Positions 25,129-32,000 of a stretch of DNA of 32,000 bases are shown here, in pieces; the first letter of the stretch is position 1; every line of letters starts with the position of its first letter. This DNA is from Acaryochloris thomasi RCC1774 (lineage in GTDB: Bacteria > Cyanobacteriota > Cyanobacteriia > Thermosynechococcales > Thermosynechococcaceae). The stretch is from positions 180,001-212,000 of the forward strand of contig NZ_PQWO01000007.1 of assembly GCF_003231495.1 (NCBI RefSeq). Direction: 5' to 3'. The position numbers were made by a program, and so were the translations under genes. Below the pieces are notes generated by a model that searched no databases, was not told the DNA's origin, and saw only the letters and a program-made list of their open reading frames with translations.

Positions 25129-27849
25129 ATGCAACCGACCGATCCTGAACAATTTACTGAAAAGGCGTGGGACGCTATCTTTCAATCGCAAGATGTTCTT
25201 GATCGCTTCGATACCACCTGTCTAGAAGTTGAACATCTTGCGATCGCACTTTTAGAAGAAGATGAAATTGCCGGGACGCTCTCGGATCATCTGGGGGCAG
25301 ATCCAGAATTTATGCTGGAGCAGTTCAACGAATTTGCCAATAGTCCCCAGCGCGATCTAGAAGATGATTACATTGACTTTTTCCATAGCGGTCGTTGGCT
25401 AGAGCAGCTCCTAGATCGAGCGGATGCCAGCCGGGAAGACTTCACCGAACCGCGAATTTCCGTCGATCACCTTTTGCTCGCACTGGCAGAGGATCCTCGC
25501 ATTGGTAAATCTGTGTTCCGCGATCAGGGGCTGGCTCGCATTGATGTGGAGCAGGCCATTGAGAGAATGCGGAGTCCTCAGCCAGCAATGGCGACCTCTG
25601 AAGAAATGGGTGAGCTGACGGCAGAGCCTGCTAAAAAGCAAAAAGCCGAACCAGAGCCTAAACCCTTAGAAAAATATGGACGCGATCTAACCGCACTGGC
25701 GCGAGAAGGCAGACTCGACCCCGTTATTGGCCGGGATGAAGAGATCCGGCGGGTGGTGCAGGTGCTGTCCCGGCGGATGAAAAATAATCCGGTTCTGATC
25801 GGGGAACCGGGTGTTGGCAAAACTGCGATCGCAGAAGGCTTAGCCCAGCGGATCGTCAATGGCGACGTGCCTGAATCTTTGAAAAATCGGCAGCTGATCA
25901 GCCTAGATATGGGCAGTCTGGTCGCTGGAGCTAAATACCGAGGTGAGTTTGAGGAACGGCTCAAGTCTGTCCTCCATGAAGTTACCCACTCTGACGGCCA
26001 AGTCGTTCTATTTATCGATGAACTCCACACCGTTGTCTCCACCGGCGGCGGGTCCAGCAAGATGGATGCCGGTAATCTACTGAAGCCCATGCTTTCTCGG
26101 GGGGAGCTGCGCTGTATTGGGGCTACCACCCTCGATGAATATCGGGTCAGTATTGAAAAAGATGCTGCCCTAGAGCGTCGATTCCAGCAGGTTTATATCG
26201 GTCAGCCCAGCGTTGAAGACACAATCTCAATTTTGCGCGGCCTCAAAGATCGCTACGAAGTGCATCACAACGTCAGAATTACTGACTCCGCCTTGGTTTC
26301 AGCTGCTACGCTGTCGAGTCGCTATATCTCAGATCGGTTTTTGCCAGATAAGGCCATTGATTTAGTGGACGAGGCTGCCGCCAAGCTCAAGGTGGAGATG
26401 ACCTCCAAACCGGCTGAACTCGAAGCCGTCGAACGACGTCTGATGCAGCTAGAAATGGAGCGAGTGTCTCTGCAAGAAGAGAGCGATCGCGACTCTCAAG
26501 ACCGCCTGCAGCTTCTTGAAGCAGACCTTGTCAACATTAAAGAGGAGTACCAGACTCTCAACGGCCAGTGGGAGTCTGAGAAAGGCATTCTCGACAAGAT
26601 CCAAAATACAAAAGCAGACATTGAACGCGTCAATATTGAACTGCAGCAGGCCAAGCGAGACTATGATCATGAGACCGCCGCTCAGCTTGAGTTTGGGAAA
26701 CTGACCGTCCTTCAGGGACAGCTCGAAGCTTCAGAAGCAACCCTGACCCAGGCTCAGAATAGCGGTTCTTCTATGCTGCGAGAAGATGTCACTGCCGAGG
26801 ATATTGCTGAGATTGTCTCTAAATGGACCGGCATCCCCGTTAATCGCCTACTGGAATCAGAACGAAAGAAGCTGCTCGAACTAGAGCAGTACATTCATCA
26901 GCAGGTCGTGGGTCAGCAGGAAGCCGTAGCTGCTGTTTCAGCAGCCATCCGTCGCGCCCGAGCTGGTATGCAGGATCCGCGTCGGCCCATTGGTTCGTTT
27001 CTGTTCTTGGGCCCAACAGGAGTTGGAAAGACCGAACTAGCCCGCGCCCTAGCGCAGCTTTTATTTGATACAGAGGATGCTCTGGTCCGCATTGATATGT
27101 CCGAGTATATGGAGAAGCATGCGGTTTCACGCTTAGTGGGGTCCTCTCCAGGTTATGTGGGCTATGAAGAAGGGGGACAGCTCTCGGAAGCGATCCGGCG
27201 GCGACCCTATTCTGTGGTGTTGCTGGATGAAGTCGAGAAGGCGCATCCAGAGATTTTCAACATTTTGCTGCAGGTGCTAGATGATGGCCGGATTACGGAT
27301 TCTCAAGGGCACAATGTGGACTTTCGTAACACCGTGATTGTGATGACGAGCAACATCGGGAGCGGCCATATTTTAGATGTGGCGGGCGATGATTCCCGAT
27401 ACGGAGAAATGCGCGAACGGGTGATGGGGGCTTTGAAATCCCATTTTCGGCCTGAGTTTCTCAATCGAATTGACGATACGATTCTGTTCCATGCCCTTGA
27501 TCGGGAACAGCTTCGTCAGATCGTGAATATTCAGATGCTGCGTGTCGACGAACGCTTGGCGGAGCAAAAGCTTTCCATTCAGTTTACGGAAGCGGCGCTG
27601 GAGCACGTCGTTGAGGCTGGCTATGATCCAGTTTATGGGGCGCGGCCTCTGAAGCGAGCTATTCAGCGGGAGCTAGAGAATCCGATTTCGGTGAAGATTC
27701 TAGAGAGTACTTTTGCGCCAGGAGATACTATCTTTGTGGATTGGACTGAGGCTGATGGCCTGATCTTTGGATCTCAGCAGGAGTCCTCGGTGATTGTCCC
27801 TGAGCCTGAAGATGATGAGGCTAAGCCTTTAGCTGAGAGTGCAGTTTGA
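25129..27849 (+). CDS. clpB: ATP-dependent chaperone/disaggregase ClpB (long form, possibly the ClpB2-type paralogue)
   Basis: 906-aa ORF with two AAA+ modules. NBD1 has [13 protein letters not shown] and [12 protein letters not shown]2 has [11 protein letters not shown] and [12 protein letters not shown] long coiled-coil M-domain separates them, which distinguishes ClpB from ClpA/ClpC. The Clp N-domain is divergent. Confidence 0.93.
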   Translation: MQPTDPEQFTEKAWDAIFQSQDVLDRFDTTCLEVEHLAIALLEEDEIAGTLSDHLGADPEFMLEQFNEFANSPQRDLEDDYIDFFHSGRWLEQLLDRADASREDFTEPRISVDHLLLALAEDPRIGKSVFRDQGLARIDVEQAIERMRSPQPAMATSEEMGELTAEPAKKQKAEPEPKPLEKYGRDLTALAREGRLDPVIGRDEEIRRVVQVLSRRMKNNPVLIGEPGVGKTAIAEGLAQRIVNGDVPESLKNRQLISLDMGSLVAGAKYRGEFEERLKSVLHEVTHSDGQVVLFIDELHTVVSTGGGSSKMDAGNLLKPMLSRGELRCIGATTLDEYRVSIEKDAALERRFQQVYIGQPSVEDTISILRGLKDRYEVHHNVRITDSALVSAATLSSRYISDRFLPDKAIDLVDEAAAKLKVEMTSKPAELEAVERRLMQLEMERVSLQEESDRDSQDRLQLLEADLVNIKEEYQTLNGQWESEKGILDKIQNTKADIERVNIELQQAKRDYDHETAAQLEFGKLTVLQGQLEASEATLTQAQNSGSSMLREDVTAEDIAEIVSKWTGIPVNRLLESERKKLLELEQYIHQQVVGQQEAVAAVSAAIRRARAGMQDPRRPIGSFLFLGPTGVGKTELARALAQLLFDTEDALVRIDMSEYMEKHAVSRLVGSSPGYVGYEEGGQLSEAIRRRPYSVVLLDEVEKAHPEIFNILLQVLDDGRITDSQGHNVDFRNTVIVMTSNIGSGHILDVAGDDSRYGEMRERVMGALKSHFRPEFLNRIDDTILFHALDREQLRQIVNIQMLRVDERLAEQKLSIQFTEAALEHVVEAGYDPVYGARPLKRAIQRELENPISVKILESTFAPGDTIFVDWTEADGLIFGSQQESSVIVPEPEDDEAKPLAESAV

Positions 27850-27935
27850 AAACGTAGCTAAATTTATCAAATGTGTTGCGCTAGATCTCTGAAATCTCTG
27901 TTTTTGAACTTTGAATTCTCGTTTCTCAGCATATT

Positions 27936-28523
27936 GTGATGAAAGCTCCCTCTAATTCGACGCAACCTAGCTCCAGGGAAGAGTGGAGAGCTTGGCTGCG
28001 GCAAAATCACACTCAGGATGGGGGGATATGGCTAATCAACTACAAAAAAGCAACTGGCCAACAGACCTATACCTTTGACGAAGCCGTTGAGGAAGCACTT
28101 TGTTTTGGCTGGATTGACAGTAAGCCAAGCAAGGTGGATGAGCAACGTTCGATGTTATGGTTCTCACCTCGTAAACCGGGTAGTGGTTGGTCTCGCCTCA
28201 ACAAAGAGCGTATTGAAAAGATGATCCAGCGGGGGCAAATGGCAGCAGCAGGGCTCGCAAAGATTGAGGCAGCAAAGTTAGATGGCTCATGGACTTCTTT
28301 AGATGCGATCGAAGCTTTGGAGATCCCATCTGACCTAGAGGATGCTTTCAGCCTCTATTCATCAGCTCGACAAAATTTCGAAGCTTTCCCTCGCTCTGCT
28401 AAACGCGGCATTCTAGAGTGGATTTCTAAAGCAAAAAGGCCAGAGACCAGAGTAAAAAGGGTAAAAGAAACGGCACAACTCGCAGAAGAAAATATTCGAG
28501 CCAATCAATGGAAACGCAACTGA
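27936..28523 (+). CDS. YdeI/OmpD-associated family protein
   Basis: 195-aa ORF with blocks I associate with the YdeI family: EEALCFGWIDSKPSKVDEQRSMLWFSPRKPGSGWSRLNKERIEKM, KLDGSWTSLD, and a C-terminal RPETRVKRV. The start is GTG 27936 or ATG 27939. Confidence 0.75.
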   Translation: MMKAPSNSTQPSSREEWRAWLRQNHTQDGGIWLINYKKATGQQTYTFDEAVEEALCFGWIDSKPSKVDEQRSMLWFSPRKPGSGWSRLNKERIEKMIQRGQMAAAGLAKIEAAKLDGSWTSLDAIEALEIPSDLEDAFSLYSSARQNFEAFPRSAKRGILEWISKAKRPETRVKRVKETAQLAEENIRANQWKRN

Positions 28524-28557
28524 GAAGCATGAGTTTATTCGTACTAGACTCAGAATT

Positions 28558-29283
28558 CTATTCAATGATGTAATCCGGCTCTAGATACAGGGAATATTTT
28601 GCCCCATCAAAGCTCAATGCATCCCACTGAGGAAATCCTGCCATATCTAAATATAGAGAAATGACCTGTTCTTGCTGGGTTCTTCTGCGTAGTCTAGGGG
28701 TGTGATTCGATGATAGGAGTCTTTCAATTAATGAAATCAGATGTTCAGTCTGCTCGATAAAGCTGCCATCGGATGAGGCCATGATGATGTCGGGTAGAAG
28801 TGATGGCTTTCTCTCAATATGGCCTAGTACTTCACTCGGAGCTTCCCATTGGAATAATTTGGATGTCTCCCAGCTCGTGAGCTGACGTAGTTCTTCGAAT
28901 ACTGGGAACTTCGCAATGTTCGATAAATGGTTTGTGTAAAAATCTTTCTCTGTGAAAATTGCCCCTTTCTTGTGTAGATAGAGAGGGGGGAAGTAATCTG
29001 CTGCCAAATCCTGAGATGCTTCTTTGATAGATGTGAATGCTGGGATGATGACGGCTATTGATGCAGTCTGTCTGATGGAAACCCATCCGCTTGGCTGGCA
29101 TCCGACATAGCCACAGGCACAAATCTGAAATTGCAGGTCATCATCCTCCCAATTAACACGCTCAACGGCGTTAATGATCTGAACATCGTTGTCCCATAGT
29201 TCTGTGATAGATGTTTTAGGGTATCCAGAAACAGAGAATTTTGATTTCGCTCTTTTTATTGTTGGATTGGATAATTGCCACAT
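28558..29283 (-). CDS. orphan hypothetical protein (Cys cluster CACGYVGC)
   Basis: 241-aa uninterrupted ORF. It is noticeably more AT-rich than the clpB and aminotransferase genes nearby: about 33-50% GC in the four 60-nt lines I hand-counted, against about 60% in one clpB line. I recognise no motif. Confidence 0.55.
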   Translation of the reverse strand: MWQLSNPTIKRAKSKFSVSGYPKTSITELWDNDVQIINAVERVNWEDDDLQFQICACGYVGCQPSGWVSIRQTASIAVIIPAFTSIKEASQDLAADYFPPLYLHKKGAIFTEKDFYTNHLSNIAKFPVFEELRQLTSWETSKLFQWEAPSEVLGHIERKPSLLPDIIMASSDGSFIEQTEHLISLIERLLSSNHTPRLRRRTQQEQVISLYLDMAGFPQWDALSFDGAKYSLYLEPDYIIE

Positions 29284-29404
29284 TTCTAGTGATGCTCTGC
29301 TAGGGATGGATTTGCGATCGCAAACCTTACTAACATTTCATTGCTTGAGATTTGAGATTAAAGTGAACCCAACTCTTAATCTGTGAATTCTGACGCTTTC
29401 AAAC

Positions 29405-30076
29405 CTATCGCGTCATAAACAATTGAGTGAAGAAAAACTGATTACCTGTACGAAAAATCCCTACCCCTGTTTCTCTAACCTCGGGTCTCAAAATATTGGC
29501 GCGGTGTCCAGGACTGTTGAGCCAACCCTGCACAATATGATCAACTGGGTCTGGAGCGTTCTCAACCCAAGCAAGGTTCTCTGCGACAAGTTGATACCGA
29601 ATCCCCGCACCTTGCACGCGTTCAGCTGCTGAATTGCCGCTCGGGTCTGTATGTCCGAAAAATGAACGAGCTGCCATGTTCTGGCTGTGCCCACGGGCGA
29701 CCTTAGCAAGTCTGCGGTTACCCTGCATAGGCTTCAGATCATAGGATCGGCGAATCTGATTGATTTCAGCTTGCACCCGCGCTTCCAGATTGCTTAAGCT
29801 GGCGGTAGCAACGGGTTGCCGGGGCACGGCAGAGGCGGGAACAGTTACTACGGGACGACGATTGGAAGGAATCGTACGAGCCGGCGTTCTCCGCTGAGGG
29901 ACAACCACGCGGGCCGGATTAGAGCGTTTAGGCTGTGGACTGGAACAGATGCCCGGGACCGAAAACGGCAGTTTGACCGGAAGCACCACACAGCCAAGCA
30001 ACATAATCTGCCAGGGTCTTTGAGAACTGAGCAGTGGAGCGTCAGCACGTGATTTTTTCTTTAGCCAAGGAATCAT
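29405..30076 (-). CDS. CAP (SCP/PR-1-like) domain protein, secreted or membrane-anchored
   Basis: 223-aa ORF. A hydrophobic N-terminus is followed by a Pro/Arg-rich linker and then the CAP domain: INQIRRSYDLKP, HSQNMAARSFFGHTDPSG, ENLAW, VQGWLNSPGHRANIL. Confidence 0.85.
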   Translation of the reverse strand: MIPWLKKKSRADAPLLSSQRPWQIMLLGCVVLPVKLPFSVPGICSSPQPKRSNPARVVVPQRRTPARTIPSNRRPVVTVPASAVPRQPVATASLSNLEARVQAEINQIRRSYDLKPMQGNRRLAKVARGHSQNMAARSFFGHTDPSGNSAAERVQGAGIRYQLVAENLAWVENAPDPVDHIVQGWLNSPGHRANILRPEVRETGVGIFRTGNQFFFTQLFMTR

Positions 30077-30238
30077 GTCAGATCTGCAGATGGGACAACA
30101 GCCACCACGAGACGCTCGAAGTAGGATGAAATTTTATTTATCTGGAAGAAAATATCCCTGGATACCCCTACCCCTAAGTTCCCCTACTTAATCGTTCGTA
30201 ACCCAGCTGGCTAGCTCTCTTGAAGCGTTTCTTTAACC

Positions 30239-31369
30239 TTAAGTTCCCGCCAGGGCCTCTTTTAGACCGTCACGAACGCATTCTTGCTCAATGGTTGTCA
30301 ACTCTGGAAACATGGGCAGCGATAGCACCTCATGAGCCACCTGTTCTGAATGGGGAAGCCGTCCGGGCTGATAGCCTAAGGCTGTATAAACAGGCTGTAA
30401 ATGTAGGGGGAGAGGGTAATAGACCATTGAGGCAATCTCAAGATTGCTGAGGTATTGACGGATGAGATCGCGTCTCTCCCCTGATTTATTGCAGGTAATG
30501 CGAAGGGTGTACTGATTCCAGACCGATGTTGCCTCCGGTGCCACCTTTGGCAAAACGATCCCTGGTATGTGCTGCAGCAACTGATCGTAGCGTTCTGCTG
30601 CCGCCTGCCGCTGCTGGTTCCAGCGATTAAGGTATCGCAACTTAACGGACAGAATAGCAGCCTGCAAACTGTCAAGACGGCTGTTGACGCCCACTGTCTC
30701 ATAGGTATACCCTCCCCGACGGCCATGATCTCGTAAAAGCCGAATTTGGGCTTCGATTTCAGGATCGTTCGTGGTAACTGCGCCTCCGTCACCGCAGGCA
30801 CCCAAGTTCTTGGTGGGGTAAAAACTAAAGCAGCCCACATGACCGATTCCGCCAACGGCTTGGTCTTTCCAGGTGGCTCCAACGGCTTGGGCACAGTCTT
30901 CAATAACGTAGAGGTTGTGATCTGTGGCAATGGCCTGTAGGCAGCCCATTGCCGCTGCCTGTCCAAACAAATGGACTGGGATAATGGCCCGCGATCGCGG
31001 AGTGATCGCCGCTTCCAGTTTCTCTGGGTCCAGATTGAAGGTGTTGGGGTCAATATCGATAAAAACCGGCGTTGCTCCGACCCGGCTGATCACCTCGGCT
31101 GTGGCAATGAAGGTGAACGGGCTAGTGATCACCTCATCCCCGGGACCAATCTGGAGGGCACGAAGCGCCAAATAGAGGGCATCAGTTCCTGAGTTGCAGG
31201 CGATGCAGTGATCAGTCCCGACATATTGGGCGAACTGCTGTTCAAAGTCACTGACGGCAGCTCCACCAACGTAGTTTCCTGAAGCGAGTACTGACGCAAC
31301 AGCAGCACTGATTTCAGGCTGAATCGCAGTAAACTGGCGCTCTAGATCAAGGGGTGGAATTTTGGGCAC
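30239..31369 (-). CDS. DegT/DnrJ/EryC1/StrS family PLP-dependent sugar aminotransferase
   Basis: 376-aa ORF with family blocks: FEQQFAQYVGTDHCIACNSGTDALYLAL, ITSPFTFIATA, VIEDCAQA, and the PLP-lysine region GCFSFYPTKNLGACGDGGAV. Confidence 0.9.
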   Translation of the reverse strand: MPKIPPLDLERQFTAIQPEISAAVASVLASGNYVGGAAVSDFEQQFAQYVGTDHCIACNSGTDALYLALRALQIGPGDEVITSPFTFIATAEVISRVGATPVFIDIDPNTFNLDPEKLEAAITPRSRAIIPVHLFGQAAAMGCLQAIATDHNLYVIEDCAQAVGATWKDQAVGGIGHVGCFSFYPTKNLGACGDGGAVTTNDPEIEAQIRLLRDHGRRGGYTYETVGVNSRLDSLQAAILSVKLRYLNRWNQQRQAAAERYDQLLQHIPGIVLPKVAPEATSVWNQYTLRITCNKSGERRDLIRQYLSNLEIASMVYYPLPLHLQPVYTALGYQPGRLPHSEQVAHEVLSLPMFPELTTIEQECVRDGLKEALAGT

Positions 31370-31570
31370 GAACGAGGATTTCTAGAGATAAAGCCAGCCT
31401 ATCACCTTATCCTGGCTCTCTTGGCACTGGTATGGGCTAACTTTGAAACCGTCACAAAGACTGATTGCAAGGAATAGTCGCCTCCAAAACAGCAAAACTT
31501 TTGACGAAGGTGCATGATACGCACATGTGCCTATCGTCCCTATCCTGTTTTTGCAATGTTGAACGATACC

Positions 31571-32000
31571 ATGATGAACCACCGCACCAAGATTGTGGCG
31601 ACAATTGGTCCCGCGAGTCAGTCGCCTGAGGTGCTGAGAGAGATGGCCTTGGCCGGGATGACGGTGGCGCGACTCAACTTTTCCCACGGGAGCTATGAAG
31701 ACCATGCGCAGACGGTGAAATTGTTGCGATCGCTCTCTCAAGATCTCGATACCCCCATCACCCTATTGCAAGATCTCCAGGGTCCAAAAATTCGGGTCGG
31801 TATTCTAGAACAGCCCGTTGAGCTGATCGAAGGTGAAAAGCTAACGTTGGTCCCTGTTCCTGACTTTCAGCAGCAGCCCCATACCATTCCCATTGACTAT
31901 CCACATCTGGCTGAGGAGGCTCAGCTGGGAGCGCAGGTTCTACTAGATGATGGTCTCTTAGAGCTGAAAATTGAGGCTGTTTCTGAAGCGGCTGTCACCT
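31571..32000 (+). CDS. pyk: pyruvate kinase, N-terminal fragment (3' end outside the window)
   Basis: This is absent from the ORF track because it runs off the window end. Translation from ATG 31571 gives [77 protein letters not shown], the canonical pyruvate kinase N-terminus. The antisense ORF at 31382-31741 is therefore spurious. Confidence 0.9.
   Translation, partial: MMNHRTKIVATIGPASQSPEVLREMALAGMTVARLNFSHGSYEDHAQTVKLLRSLSQDLDTPITLLQDLQGPKIRVGILEQPVELIEGEKLTLVPVPDFQQQPHTIPIDYPHLAEEAQLGAQVLLDDGLLELKIEAVSEAAVT

Noticed and set aside
25578-26129. 183-aa ORF antisense to clpB NBD1
   Set aside because: It has the Ser/Pro/Arg-rich composition typical of the antisense of a GC-rich conserved gene, and no start or RBS context. 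The same reasoning applies to the other antisense ORFs in the track (438-905, 1227-1604, 8357-8719, 14613-15062, 19519-19923 and others).
30376-31053. 225-aa ORF in an alternative frame of the same strand inside the DegT-family aminotransferase gene
   Set aside because: The aminotransferase frame carries all the family motifs. The alternative frame is Pro/Arg/Ser/Thr-rich with no motif, so it is most likely a stop-free frame produced by composition.
31382-31741. 119-aa minus-strand ORF
   Set aside because: It overlaps, in antisense, the unmistakable pyruvate kinase N-terminus on the plus strand (from 31571). Its Arg/His/Gly-rich composition is typical of a shadow ORF.

Overview
This looks like an ordinary core-chromosome segment of a cyanobacterium. 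Supporting evidence is psbO, ndhB, a group-3 sigma factor, 16 HIP1 palindromes (GCGATCGC) and a Yfr1 sRNA; GC is about 50% judged by eye. I support 27 protein-coding genes, two of them cut by the window edges, and nearly all are housekeeping. In order: EAL fragment, Gfo/Idh/MocA oxidoreductase, TgpA-like transglutaminase-domain membrane protein, thiD, LOG/PpnN-like protein, trxA, CBS-less guaB, fmt, SigF-type sigma factor, psbO, ilvE, an FHA-PAS-GAF-GGDEF-EAL signalling protein, topA, ndhB, DUF2288-like protein, dut, Uma2 nuclease, clpB, YdeI-like protein, CAP-domain protein, DegT-type aminotransferase, the pyruvate kinase N-terminus, and five hypotheticals. Non-coding features invisible to the ORF track are a Yfr1 sRNA in the guaB-trxA spacer, clear intrinsic terminators after trxA and psbO, and some weaker hairpins. 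I saw no tRNA, rRNA, CRISPR array, transposase, integrase or recognisable defence or toxin gene. I could not find a convincing new multi-gene system. The best leads are single loci: (1) a transglutaminase-like protein with both catalytic Cys and His substituted; (2) the FHA-to-c-di-GMP fusion with a terminator-like hairpin and mini-ORF in its leader; (3) an AT-rich orphan gene; (4) a disordered protein with a basic tail; and (5) a strongly uneven HIP1 distribution. All functional calls rest on motif recognition by eye. No database search was run.
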